A stretch of DNA of 42,080 nt from an uncultured bacterium (GCA_900556295.1 USOK01000001.1:1-42080), one strand, 5' to 3'; positions 1 to 9,028 are shown, numbered from the stretch's first letter. A program made the numbers and translations. Notes: generated by a model not told the origin, from the letters alone.

Positions 1-80
1 CGTTGTTGTTGCTTTGAGTTGATGCCATGATGATTTAAGTGAAAAGTGATGAATATATAAATATGTATGGAGATTAAATT

Positions 81-812
81 ATGAAAAACGTATTTGTAAA
101 AACAAAAAATGTGAAAAACTTTGTAACTTTAATGGATAAGTTGCAAAAACTTCCGCCAAACATTCCGAAGTTGGCATTAGTGTATGGCGAACATGGCTTG
201 GGTAAAACACATTCCATAATGTGGTGGGCGGTAAGGAATGATGCCGTATATATCCGAGCAAACAATGAGATTACCCAAAACGGATTGTTAAAAGGAATTG
301 TTGAAGAACTCGGAGAACGACCTTTTTATCTGATGCAAGAAAATTACAGTTTGATTTTAAAGCATTTAAAGCAAGAGCCGAAAATAATTATTGTTGACGA
401 AGCAGACTATCTTATAGGGAATAAAAATGTGATTGAAATTTTACGAGATATTCAAGACAATAGTGGCACTCCGATAGTGCTTGTCGGAATGGGTATGATG
501 GATAAAAAAATTGCAAGGTTTAAACACTTTGAGGATAGGATTTATCAGAAATTAAAATTTGAACATTTTAATCAGGAAGATATTAGAGAAATATTGGAGC
601 AATTAACCGAATTAAATTTTACACCCGATGCCGTAACATACCTTGCAACACGAACAAATCAATTCCGACAGTTGATTAAATTAATAGAACGGCTTGAAAA
701 ATTATCGGAAACAAACGATTTAAAAGAGTTAGACGAATATATCTTGAAAGGGATTTTAAATGAAAGACAAAATATTAAAACTGTGCAAAAGATTGAAAAA
801 TTGTACGCTTAA
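81..812 (+). CDS. AAA+ ATPase, MuB/TniB/ExeA-like, lacking an N-terminal HTH
   Basis: Walker A GEHGLGKT, Walker B IIIVDEAD, PIVLVGM motif; RBS GGAG upstream. Confidence 0.85.
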   Translation: MKNVFVKTKNVKNFVTLMDKLQKLPPNIPKLALVYGEHGLGKTHSIMWWAVRNDAVYIRANNEITQNGLLKGIVEELGERPFYLMQENYSLILKHLKQEPKIIIVDEADYLIGNKNVIEILRDIQDNSGTPIVLVGMGMMDKKIARFKHFEDRIYQKLKFEHFNQEDIREILEQLTELNFTPDAVTYLATRTNQFRQLIKLIERLEKLSETNDLKELDEYILKGILNERQNIKTVQKIEKLYA

Positions 813-1443
813 CGACCTTACACAATTGATGGATATTGAACCTAATGTTTTAGAAGTGATTTTACTGTTTTTAATCAACGAAAACAAAATCCAAGAAAAA
901 GACGGAATTTATTCTGTGATAGAAGAATTACCAACTAAAAACGGAATAGAATCTAAAAATTTAAAACTGATGTTCATGTATCATTCTCCCAAAACTGTTG
1001 ATTTAATAATGAGAAGTTTTTGTGCAGAATTACCAACAATAAAAGTTTCATATTTAACGGGTGTCGGAGATAGTTGTATTTGCGATTTCTACAAGATATT
1101 TCGGAATTTGATTTATGAAAGACAATTAAATGAGTTAGTTAACCATTACTGTAAAAATCCACAAAAATTCAGGTTCAGAAAGTTTTTTGAGAAATATGCG
1201 TATTTCTATAACTACAATAACAAAATTTTTGTAACAAAGAAACCTCTACAAGCAAAACGAGAGAACAATTTTACAAAGGAAGAAGAGCAAGAATTTAAAA
1301 AAATATATTGTTATCTAGCAAGAATTGAAAGTCATAATCAGAATGAAGTTTATTTGTATCAAAGATTGGCAGAAAGTATTTGGCGAAGAGAAAAAAGTTT
1401 CGAGGAATTGTATTCTGATTTAAAGAATAATTTAATTTCTTAA
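760..1443 (+). CDS. Hypothetical protein with similarity to IS1595-family transposase termini (probably catalytically degenerate)
   Basis: IMRSFCAELPTIKVSYLTGV...CDFYKIFR resembles the IS1595 HTH; LYQRLAESIWRR resembles the HLKECEFRFN end; no DDE core recognised. Confidence 0.5.
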   Translation: MKDKILKLCKRLKNCTLNDLTQLMDIEPNVLEVILLFLINENKIQEKDGIYSVIEELPTKNGIESKNLKLMFMYHSPKTVDLIMRSFCAELPTIKVSYLTGVGDSCICDFYKIFRNLIYERQLNELVNHYCKNPQKFRFRKFFEKYAYFYNYNNKIFVTKKPLQAKRENNFTKEEEQEFKKIYCYLARIESHNQNEVYLYQRLAESIWRREKSFEELYSDLKNNLIS

Positions 1444-1542
1444 TATTTCTTAATAAACTTTTCCCTAATTTTTTAAATCTCTTTTTAGTTAATATCGACA
1501 TAAAAAAATAATGTTTTTTGCAAAATTAAAAAAACGATATTA

Positions 1543-1582
1543 GTGCATTTGCTGTGAGAATATTCTCAAAAGCACTTTGCAC
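1543..1582. promoter_or_regulatory. Inverted repeat with perfect 14-bp palindrome TGAGAATATTCTCA (1555-1568); candidate operator
   Basis: GTGCA/TGCAC and TGCT/AGCA arms flank the palindrome in the intergenic region upstream of the early operon. Confidence 0.45.
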
Positions 1583-1778
1583 AAGGCTTTTAAATACTCT
1601 TGCATTTAATATAATTAAGATAATCAGGTAGATGTTTTTACACCCAAAAATACCTCTTTTACAGGGGGAAATTCTGCTGTGCAAAAAATCAATCAAACAT
1701 CTGGTTCAAATATTTCAAATAAAAACCATTACTTGAATATAGGTCGCTTAACTATATACAAGAGAGGAATTGAGTATT

Positions 1779-2003
1779 ATGGAAATTTGTAATTTATGCA
1801 AAAAACAATTCGTTATCAAAACAATCATTGCTGTAATTAATCTTAGGTCAAGAGAAATTGAAAACGAATTACATCTATCTAAAAGCATTGTAAGCAGACA
1901 CTTTACGGGTGAGAAAAACAGACTGGAAATTGATATTTTTGTCATAGAACGTTTGTTGGGTATTAAAATAAAGGACTACGAAGTAATAGATGCTGAACTA
2001 TAA
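1779..2003 (+). CDS. Small HTH DNA-binding protein, Ner/Cro-like by position
   Basis: ATG 1779 after GAGAGG; LRSREIENELHLSKSIVSRHFTG HTH-like; directly precedes the transposase. Confidence 0.6.
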   Translation: MEICNLCKKQFVIKTIIAVINLRSREIENELHLSKSIVSRHFTGEKNRLEIDIFVIERLLGIKIKDYEVIDAEL

Positions 2004-4011
2004 TCCTATTATTAACAACTCAAAAGAATGGCTTTCAGAAGATGAGGCTTGTAATATTTTATTAATCAAGCCTAAAACATTGAAAGACCGTTGTCGATGC
2101 GGAGAATATATCCATAAAATTATAAAAGTTGGGAAACGTCTTACTTACTACATTCATGTTGATTCATTACCTGAAGAATTAAAAGAACAAAATTTATCTA
2201 AAGACCAAGATATAGAATCTGAAAGCTATACAAATGCACCTCAATGGGCTAAACTGCAAGCTGATAAATATATAAGAATAATCAAAGAATCAAAATATCT
2301 AAAGGGAAATGCTCTTGAACGATTTATATTAAACTGGAATATCCAAAATCCTGAATATAGAACCTCGTATCCTTCTGTAATTAAAATGCGTAAACGATAC
2401 AAAAGTGATGGTATTGAGGGATTATTAGCAAGATATGGTTCAAGGGCAGATAAATCAACCGTATCGGATGAATTATTTGATTATTTCAAGAGCTTGTATT
2501 TAGTTGAAGGTTCTCCGTCACTATTAAGCTGTTGGGAACTAACACTCGGATATGCAATTAAAAATTTAGGCTGTAGCAGAGAATCATTTCCAAGCCACAC
2601 ATCATTTAAAAGAAAATTAGACAAAATGATTCCAAAACAAAGTGTATATTTAGCTCGTAAGGGACAAAGTGCTTGGAATCGCAAATATGGATGTTATATT
2701 GACAGAGATTATTCAAATATTATATCCGGCAAAGTATGGGTATCCGACCACGCTCAAATTGATGTAGCTTGTATGACAAAAGATGGCAATGTTGTATTTC
2801 CTTGGGTTACGGCTTGGCGAGATTACAAATCAGGCAAATGGCTCGGTTGGCTTTTGGCTTGCGGTAGTCCGAATTCTGATAGAATATTTCAAGCATTCTA
2901 TTACGCAGCGGAAGCCTTTGGTTTACCTGAAGATGTAATTATAGATAATGGTAAGGACTATCGTTGTAAAGATTTTGCCGGAGGCAGACAGGTTATAAAA
3001 ATAGACACAAACAAATCAAGAACAACATCTATGCTTGATGAGTTAAATGTTCAGGTGCATTTTGCATTACCGTATAACGCACAGACCAAACCAATAGAAA
3101 GAGACTTTTTAAAAATTAAAGAATTAATCTCAAAACATTCTGTTGGTTATCGTGGCGGTAATGTTGTCGAAAGACCTGAAAAACTTGCAAAAGAAATCAA
3201 AGCCGGGAAAATAATTCCGTTTGAAAAATTTAAAACAATCTTTGACGATTTCATTATCAATATTTTAAACAAAAAACCGTCACGAGGTAAAAATCTGCAA
3301 GGTTTATCTCCTGATGAATTATTTGATATGGAATTTGAGGGTAAGATTACAACCTCACGTGATGCATTAAAACTGTTCTGTATGAGAACATCAAAGAACT
3401 TTACTATCGGAAGAAACGGCATCAAAGACAGCGAATTCGGTATTACTTACTGGGCTGACTGGATGATGTCAAAAACAGGCCTGAAAGTTTATCTCCGTAG
3501 GGATGTTCAAAACTACAAAGAGGCTTGGGTATTTAGGGCTGATAACGAGGAATTTGTCGGTAAGGTTACGGCAGTTAAGGCTGTTGCTGCATTACACGCA
3601 AATGAAGTTTCAAAAGAAGAATTTAAGGAAGCAATGGCAGCTAAAAAACGCCATTTGAACGTAGCAAAATCATACATAAAACAAAATCGTGAGATAGGTA
3701 TTGAAGAAATCTGTGATAATTACAAGGTCGCATATTCTTCCGTAATAAAGGATTCAAAACCAAAAGACAAAACAAATGTTTCAATAATTGCCAATACAAA
3801 AATGGATGAGGCAATTCGTAAAAACAAAGAGATGGAAGCATTTGGCAGACAGGATTTGTCTATATTTCTTGATAATAACCCTCAATATGAGGAAACGCTT
3901 TATTTGTTTGAAACAGACAAAATCCTTGAGGAAGAGGGGATAAATATGAAGAAAAAGTATGCCCTTTCAAATAACAATTTAGCCGAAAAAGGAGTTGCGT
4001 ATGGATATTAG
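1990..4011 (+). CDS. Mu-type DDE transposase (MuA-like)
   Basis: WVSDH, IIDNGKDY, PYNAQTKPIER give an intact DDE triad; N-terminal HTH; Mu C-terminal-like region. Confidence 0.93.
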   Translation: MLNYNPIINNSKEWLSEDEACNILLIKPKTLKDRCRCGEYIHKIIKVGKRLTYYIHVDSLPEELKEQNLSKDQDIESESYTNAPQWAKLQADKYIRIIKESKYLKGNALERFILNWNIQNPEYRTSYPSVIKMRKRYKSDGIEGLLARYGSRADKSTVSDELFDYFKSLYLVEGSPSLLSCWELTLGYAIKNLGCSRESFPSHTSFKRKLDKMIPKQSVYLARKGQSAWNRKYGCYIDRDYSNIISGKVWVSDHAQIDVACMTKDGNVVFPWVTAWRDYKSGKWLGWLLACGSPNSDRIFQAFYYAAEAFGLPEDVIIDNGKDYRCKDFAGGRQVIKIDTNKSRTTSMLDELNVQVHFALPYNAQTKPIERDFLKIKELISKHSVGYRGGNVVERPEKLAKEIKAGKIIPFEKFKTIFDDFIINILNKKPSRGKNLQGLSPDELFDMEFEGKITTSRDALKLFCMRTSKNFTIGRNGIKDSEFGITYWADWMMSKTGLKVYLRRDVQNYKEAWVFRADNEEFVGKVTAVKAVAALHANEVSKEEFKEAMAAKKRHLNVAKSYIKQNREIGIEEICDNYKVAYSSVIKDSKPKDKTNVSIIANTKMDEAIRKNKEMEAFGRQDLSIFLDNNPQYEETLYLFETDKILEEEGINMKKKYALSNNNLAEKGVAYGY

Positions 4012-4879
4012 AGCCGAACTTCGAGATTTAATGGAAAAGAACAGTTATAGTACCGCATATATTTCAACGGCAACAGGACTTGCAAAATCTACAATCAGTA
4101 TGTGGTTAAACGGTACTTATAACGGCAAGAATGACAAAGTTACCGATGCAATAAATAATTTTATTCAGAGAGAACGTGAACGTGCCGTAGAAAACGATTT
4201 GCCGTTTGTAAATATTTCTATTGTAAAATACATTTCCGAAATAGCTCGTTTATGCCATACACAAGGTAAAATCGGTGTTTGTGTCGGTCGTGCCGGCTTG
4301 GGAAAAACCGTTGCCGTTAAAAAATATACTCAAGAATTCTTGGATTCAATATTGATAGAAAGTGATTCCGGCTATACGGCAAAATCTCTTTTAAAGGAAA
4401 TACACAGGAGGCTTGGACTTTCAGGTAAAGGCTCTGTCTATGATTTGATGGGCGAAGTCGTAAGAAAGTTAAATCAGTCAGGAAGATTATTAATCATTGA
4501 CGAGGCTGAAAATCTTCCGTACCGAGCATTGGAAATTACTCGCAGAATTCACGATAAAACAGGAGTCGGAGTCCTGTTAATCGGAAGAGGTATTTTACTT
4601 GAAAACCTAAAAGGTTATAACAACCAATATGACCAACTGTATTCAAGAGTAAAATACACAAAAATAATTGATAGCTTGCTCATTCAGGATGTAATAAAAA
4701 TCCTTGAGACGATTGAGCAAAATACGGAACTGGCTGAAACCTATCTTCAGTATTCAGGTGGTAATACAAGAAGATTGGAACATCTTATTTCTCACAGTAT
4801 TAGCATTGCCAAATTTAACGGCAAGGCTGAGGTCGATAATGCTGTGATTAAACATACTTCTAAGTTATTGATGGTGTAG
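4001..4879 (+). CDS. MuB-like transposition ATPase with N-terminal HTH
   Basis: HTH ATGLAKSTISMWLNG; GRAGLGKT; LLIIDEAE; overlaps MuA stop; ATG 4001 after AGGAG. Confidence 0.92.
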   Translation: MDIRAELRDLMEKNSYSTAYISTATGLAKSTISMWLNGTYNGKNDKVTDAINNFIQRERERAVENDLPFVNISIVKYISEIARLCHTQGKIGVCVGRAGLGKTVAVKKYTQEFLDSILIESDSGYTAKSLLKEIHRRLGLSGKGSVYDLMGEVVRKLNQSGRLLIIDEAENLPYRALEITRRIHDKTGVGVLLIGRGILLENLKGYNNQYDQLYSRVKYTKIIDSLLIQDVIKILETIEQNTELAETYLQYSGGNTRRLEHLISHSISIAKFNGKAEVDNAVIKHTSKLLMV

Positions 4880-4892
4880 CGGAGGTTAAATT

Positions 4893-5066
4893 ATGAGAAA
4901 TAGATACATCGGTAAGTTTTTATTCCGACCCGACTCTACCGCATTATATATTTTTTTAATCGCCCTTGCCATCTTTATCTTGGGAGTTCAAATCGGAATA
5001 AAACATGGTAGAGAACTTCAACTTGAGGATATAAAAATCGAATATGGCTACGACTTCTCAAATTAG
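4893..5066 (+). CDS. Small membrane protein (57 aa, not in ORF track)
   Basis: GGAGG RBS; MRNRYIGKFLFRPDSTALYIFLIALAIFILGVQIGIKHG..., one hydrophobic helix. Confidence 0.7.
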   Translation: MRNRYIGKFLFRPDSTALYIFLIALAIFILGVQIGIKHGRELQLEDIKIEYGYDFSN

Positions 5067-5496
5067 AAAAATCCATACATTAAAAAATGTTCTTGGTTTA
5101 GATGACGATTTATATCGTGAAATGCTCAAATCTTTTGATGTTCAGACTTCTAAAAATTTAACTTACACAGAAGCTATTATTTTTATTGAAATTTTGGAAG
5201 AAAAAGCAGTTGCCCTAAACCGTTGGGAAAAACGCTTAAAAAAATATGAAACTCTGCACCGCAGCGATAATATGGCAAGCGATGCTCAACTTCGAATGAT
5301 TGAAGGTATATGGCGTGAGATTTGTTATCACGACAATGACGAGTTTGCGAAAAAATCCCTTAGAAAGTTTTTAAAATCCAAGTTTAAAGTTGATGACGTT
5401 ATGTTCCTGACTAAAACTAAAGCCTGTAAAGTTATTCAGGCTCTACAGGCTATAAAAAAGAATTTAAAAATCAAGAAGAGTGCGGCCACACTTTGA
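5044..5496 (+). CDS. gemA: GemA / DUF1018 (Mu gp16-like) protein
   Basis: KIHTLKNVLGLDDDLYREML...TSKNLT, ASDAQLRMIEGIW, KVIQALQ motifs. Confidence 0.85.
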   Translation: MATTSQIRKIHTLKNVLGLDDDLYREMLKSFDVQTSKNLTYTEAIIFIEILEEKAVALNRWEKRLKKYETLHRSDNMASDAQLRMIEGIWREICYHDNDEFAKKSLRKFLKSKFKVDDVMFLTKTKACKVIQALQAIKKNLKIKKSAATL

Positions 5497-5523
5497 GTAG
5501 TAGAAAAATAGAAGGAGAAAAAA

Positions 5524-5835
5524 ATGAATTCAGAAAAAAACGACAATTCAAAAATGGTAAGCAAGCAATTCTTCGGGGAAATCGCACCTGAAGAACCGAA
5601 AGAATGTGCAATTATGACACTAATTAACAACATGTCAGATAACCTTACTAACCAACTCTATGATGCAAAATTGAGATTTGCTGATGCGACTCTGGACAAA
5701 GACAACTGGAGTATGGCAAAAGAAAGGGAAATTGCTTGCAAGGTAATTGAGGGACAAATTACAATTCTCGCTAAATTGAGACATGACTTTGAATCTATGC
5801 TTACCCCAATGCCAACAATGGCAATGGCAGGCTAA
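5524..5835 (+). CDS. Hypothetical phage protein
   Basis: AAGGAG RBS, in-operon position. Confidence 0.75.
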   Translation: MNSEKNDNSKMVSKQFFGEIAPEEPKECAIMTLINNMSDNLTNQLYDAKLRFADATLDKDNWSMAKEREIACKVIEGQITILAKLRHDFESMLTPMPTMAMAG

Positions 5836-5837
5836 AA

Positions 5838-5959
5838 GGTCGAAACGGTCGGCTAACTTCTTGGTTGCGGGCGTTAAACGGGTATCGCTCACGCTTGCAC
5901 CCTCTGCCCGCAATCCGCCAAGCTGACCGTCTTAGAGTAATGCTCTAACTGACGAGACC
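5838..5959 (+). ncRNA. Hammerhead ribozyme, type II, with extended stem III
   Basis: GGTC-GAAA-CGGTCGGC...GCTGACCG-TC^-TTAGAG-TAATG-CTCTAA-CTGACGA-GACC: full core and all three stems pair; predicted cleavage after C5931. Confidence 0.9.
5855..5918 (+). repeat. Small hairpin insertion element copy 1 (AACTT...TCCGC, 64 nt)
   Basis: TTGCGGGC/GCCCGCAA and GGGT/ACCC stems; shares ends and internal motifs with 32784-32858. Confidence 0.6.
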
Positions 5960-5979
5960 GTATAAATAAGAGGAGAGCT

Positions 5980-6288
5980 ATGGAATTTAAGCCATGGATG
6001 GAAAATATTACAATTGAAGATATGCCAAACGATGACTTAAAATTCGTTGCACAATGTGCAGGGATTAAAACCGCTTTGACCTTAATTTTTTGTTTACCGG
6101 GATTGATAGTAAATATTCCAAAACACGCATTAAAAAAGATAAAAGAGCGTTACATTATAAAAGAATATGACGGCACAAAAATGACATTAAATAGATTAGT
6201 TATTGAATGTGAATTATCTCAAAGACACGTCGAGGCAGTAATAAGAAAAGAATTAAGAAAAGCCAAAAAACCTCCACTCCCTAAATAG
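5980..6288 (+). CDS. Mor/C-family transcription activator
   Basis: GIKTALTL...PGLIVNIPK, IIKEYDG...LVIECELSQRHVEAVI C-terminal HTH; position at end of the early/middle operon. Confidence 0.8.
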   Translation: MEFKPWMENITIEDMPNDDLKFVAQCAGIKTALTLIFCLPGLIVNIPKHALKKIKERYIIKEYDGTKMTLNRLVIECELSQRHVEAVIRKELRKAKKPPLPK

Positions 6289-6317
6289 TCGAAATGTAAA
6301 GTATTCATCACTTCTTT

Positions 6318-6354
6318 GCTCTAATGTTTGTTGATTTGCATTAGAGCTTTTTTT
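6318..6354 (+). terminator. Rho-independent terminator after mor
   Basis: GCTCTAATG/CATTAGAGC stem followed by T7. Confidence 0.75.
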
Positions 6355-6499
6355 ATAACTCTACATAAAAATATACTCTATCTTCGTTGTCTTCAACTTG
6401 TAATAAATCGCAACTGTAATTGCCTTCAATATCAATAATTTCAACATCTGCATCGGGATTACATTTATTTAATCGTTTTATTAATTCTTCGACTTTCAT
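6353..6499 (-). CDS. Small hypothetical protein (48 aa, not in ORF track)
   Basis: GAAAGG RBS; MKVEELIKRLNKCNPDADVEI..., a common small phage protein start pattern. Confidence 0.65.
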   Translation of the reverse strand: MKVEELIKRLNKCNPDADVEIIDIEGNYSCDLLQVEDNEDRVYFYVEL

Positions 6500-6563
6500 A
6501 ATTAATTTTTACCTTTCAATTTTGCAATTTTAAATCTTGAAAACTCTTGTGGATAGGGTGTTT

Positions 6564-6600
6564 AGGAATGTGCTTTTTTGTAGCACATTCCTCTTTTTTT
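6564..6600. terminator. Terminator-like hairpin
   Basis: AGGAATGTGCT/AGCACATTCCT 11-bp stem; T-run on + strand. Confidence 0.6.
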
Positions 6601-7066
6601 ATACAATCGGGTTTAAAAAATCTCTTTTGATAATATATTTATTTTCATTACAGTCCATAACCGTCAAATAATCGTCTTTTAAACCCTTTATTTTACCTTC
6701 GCTTAATATCAAAACATTTTTATTATTTATTTCATCATGAACCGTTGTACCGAATAATATTCTGTTTGTAACTGTATAATCTTTTTTATTGCATTCAAAT
6801 AAATCAAATTCAACCCATTTTATATATTCTTTTCTAACTGTTGTTTTTAAATCATCTCTGCTATCTATAACACAATCTGCTAATTTTCTTCCGCTTCTGC
6901 TGTCGAGGTAATCTCTGATTTCTTCAGCTTTTTTATTTGATAATTCCATCAGAGTTTTAAAGGCATCTGTCCATTTTTTATTTGTTTTTTCTTCTGAATA
7001 ATGATTATAGATTGTTCCGTAAAATCCGTATTCTTTGTTTTCGCTTTCTAATACTTTGTTTGCCAT
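6599..7066 (-). CDS. Conserved hypothetical prophage accessory protein
   Basis: YGFYGTI...IRDYLDSRSGRKLAD motif; AAGGAG RBS. Confidence 0.75.
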   Translation of the reverse strand: MANKVLESENKEYGFYGTIYNHYSEEKTNKKWTDAFKTLMELSNKKAEEIRDYLDSRSGRKLADCVIDSRDDLKTTVRKEYIKWVEFDLFECNKKDYTVTNRILFGTTVHDEINNKNVLILSEGKIKGLKDDYLTVMDCNENKYIIKRDFLNPIV

Positions 7067-7101
7067 AATTTTATCTCCTTATTATGTCTGTCTACATTGA
7101 C

Positions 7102-7166
7102 ATTCATCACTCTGAATAGTCATTAATTCAAGTGATTAAAGACTATTCAGTATCATTTCGACACAA
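7102..7166 (-). promoter_or_regulatory. Three-box intergenic element copy R4
   Basis: TGTGTCGAAATGATAC-N16-ACTTGAA-N14-GAGTGATGAAT, with hairpin CTGAATAGTC/GACTATTCAG. Confidence 0.75.
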
Positions 7167-7167
7167 T

Positions 7168-7524
7168 CTAAATTTCGATTTTTATAGCATTTAAAACTTC
7201 AAGTTCTTGAGTTCTGCAATCAATAAATCTTGATGTTACTTTAGTTAATCCTTTTAGTTTAGCTCCTTGTTTTTCAAATTCTGCCAATATATCAATTAGG
7301 CTTGAAAATTTTGATGAAATTGTAATTTCATTAAGCCCAAATTCCTTACAATTACTGATTATACCGTCAACATCACTCTCCCAAATTACATCGGCAAAAT
7401 CTATGGTTTTATTATTTGTATCTTGAGTTCTAATGTATGCCCAATAAAATGTTCTGTTAATTCCGATATCTTCAAGTTTTGCATCTTTGTTTTTGATTTC
7501 TTCGATTTTTGAAATTGTTTTCAT
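7168..7524 (-). CDS. Hypothetical prophage accessory protein
   Basis: ATG 7524 after AAGGAG; FYWAY...IDFADVIW...ITISSKFSSLI. Confidence 0.75.
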   Translation of the reverse strand: MKTISKIEEIKNKDAKLEDIGINRTFYWAYIRTQDTNNKTIDFADVIWESDVDGIISNCKEFGLNEITISSKFSSLIDILAEFEKQGAKLKGLTKVTSRFIDCRTQELEVLNAIKIEI

Positions 7525-7557
7525 ATTGTTGCTCCTTTTGTTTTGTTTTACACAAAC

Positions 7558-7621
7558 ATTAATCGAATAGGTGCAGAGACTATTCAAGTCTATTGCACCT
7601 ATTTCGTATCATTCAGACACA
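7558..7621 (-). promoter_or_regulatory. Three-box intergenic element copy R3
   Basis: TGTGTCTGAATGATAC-N16-ACTTGAA-N14-ATTCGATTAAT, with hairpin AATAGGTGCA/TGCACCTATT. Confidence 0.75.
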
Positions 7622-7960
7622 TTAAAGAAGTTCTGAAATATATTTTTTCAATCGCTCGATATCTTTGTCAAATTCTCTTTTAGCATTTGGAGCATTGTTA
7701 TTTATGTATGTTGGATAGTGACAAAGTCCTGCCGGTGTTCTCATTTCTGCATATGGAATAAAATAAATAACACGCCATTCCAAGTTATCAAGAACCGATG
7801 CTTTTGCATAACATTGTCCTCTGTAGCTATCCGATTTTAATTCAAGCATAACTTTTAAATTTTTGAATTCATAGATTAAACGTCTTGAAATTGATTGATT
7901 GCTAGAGGAATAAGTTATATCTTCAATAATTTTTTCTGTTTTTGTTTTTGTTGTTGCCAT
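7622..7960 (-). CDS. Hypothetical protein
   Basis: ATG 7960 after AAGGAGG. Confidence 0.75.
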   Translation of the reverse strand: MATTKTKTEKIIEDITYSSSNQSISRRLIYEFKNLKVMLELKSDSYRGQCYAKASVLDNLEWRVIYFIPYAEMRTPAGLCHYPTYINNNAPNAKREFDKDIERLKKYISELL

Positions 7961-7979
7961 AGTCAAACCTCCTTATTTG

Positions 7980-7989
7980 TCAGACACAA
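7980..7989 (-). repeat. Truncated copy R2 of the intergenic element (TTGTGTCTGA only)
   Basis: Follows the upstream stop codon as the full copies do, then runs straight into the RBS. Confidence 0.6.
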
Positions 7990-7990
7990 T

Positions 7991-8194
7991 TTAAATCTTT
8001 GTTACCCTGTCTTCGGGGTATGCTGCTCCAAGTGTTGAACCGTTATCCCATTTAATGTGAATAGTTCCGATGTCATCAACGTACATTACAGTTCCCAAAG
8101 TCCCGATAGGAGGTGCTTGTATGTCATTCATTTCAACTAATTTCACTCTTGTACCTGTCGGATATAAATCTTTTAAAAATTGTATATTTCTCAT
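7991..8194 (-). CDS. DUF4314 family protein
   Basis: YPTGTRVKLVEMND.QAPPIGTLGTV..VDDIGTIHIKWDNGSTLG signature. Confidence 0.9.
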   Translation of the reverse strand: MRNIQFLKDLYPTGTRVKLVEMNDIQAPPIGTLGTVMYVDDIGTIHIKWDNGSTLGAAYPEDRVTKI

Positions 8195-8209
8195 TTTTAA
8201 CCGCCTTTT

Positions 8210-9028
8210 CTATACTAAATACTTTGAAAATACTTTCTTAAAATCTTCTGCCGTTTGGATGTGAAGTTTAACTGCTCTTTCGATATTTTCTTCTTTTAAA
8301 ATATCTACTCCAAGAGTTTTTCTTATGCGAGAGGACTTTTTACCTTCTATCGGTTGCCATTCTAAAAATCCAAGTTCCTCTTCAATTTCAACTTTATGTT
8401 CCAATAATTTCTCAAAAATTGTCTGGTCGTTGTTAATAAAAATTTCTGTTGCGACATATCCTAATTTGGTATTTACGGTTTGCATTATTTGAACCCCACG
8501 CTTACCCATAGGCAAATATTGAAAATGTTGTGGCTTTGGATTGACTTGCATTTCGCTTTGTAATTCATCACAAATTTCGAAATATTTTTCCCAATATTTT
8601 TTTTGAAATATTTTCGCAGGGGTATTTTCATTTCTTGTATAACTTTTTTTATCGTTTAATTCGGGTTTCAAAAGGCATTCAAAGTCCATTTTATCACCGT
8701 TCAAAAAGGCTTTAAAAATAAATATTTTAATGCCTTTAATCGCAAAATGATTTAATGCTTTTGCTGCCGTTACCAATTCTTCTTTCTCTGAAGTTACATA
8801 CCAAACGATAAACGGAGCTTTATTTAGATTTAAACTCTCAATTTCATTCAAGAGCGAAACCATTGTTTCCATTTTCTGTGTTAAATCACAAATGGATACA
8901 ACGGTTTGTCCATCAGCTTTTGGATAACTTGCTAATGTTGAAGTTACAATTGGCGGATAATAATCTGCCATAAACTCTTCAAAATTTTTCTTACTTTTTA
9001 ATGCTTCTTCAGGTGTAATTGTTGTCAT
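8210..9028 (-). CDS. DUF4268-domain protein
   Basis: C-terminal FQKKYWEKY...IFEKLLEHKVEIEEELG.LEWQ...KKSSRI. Confidence 0.75.
   Translation of the reverse strand: MTTITPEEALKSKKNFEEFMADYYPPIVTSTLASYPKADGQTVVSICDLTQKMETMVSLLNEIESLNLNKAPFIVWYVTSEKEELVTAAKALNHFAIKGIKIFIFKAFLNGDKMDFECLLKPELNDKKSYTRNENTPAKIFQKKYWEKYFEICDELQSEMQVNPKPQHFQYLPMGKRGVQIMQTVNTKLGYVATEIFINNDQTIFEKLLEHKVEIEEELGFLEWQPIEGKKSSRIRKTLGVDILKEENIERAVKLHIQTAEDFKKVFSKYLV

Noticed and set aside
1..28. Possible minus-strand gene start (MASTQSNNN) running off the window
   Set aside because: Too short to support.
1731..1760. ACTTGAAT resembling box B of the cassette element
   Set aside because: Box A and box C are absent at the required spacing.
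5932..6347. GCTCTAA/TTAGAG shared by ribozyme stem I and the mor terminator (possible alternative pairing)
   Set aside because: Only about 7 bp, 400 nt apart, and local hairpins should dominate; may be chance.
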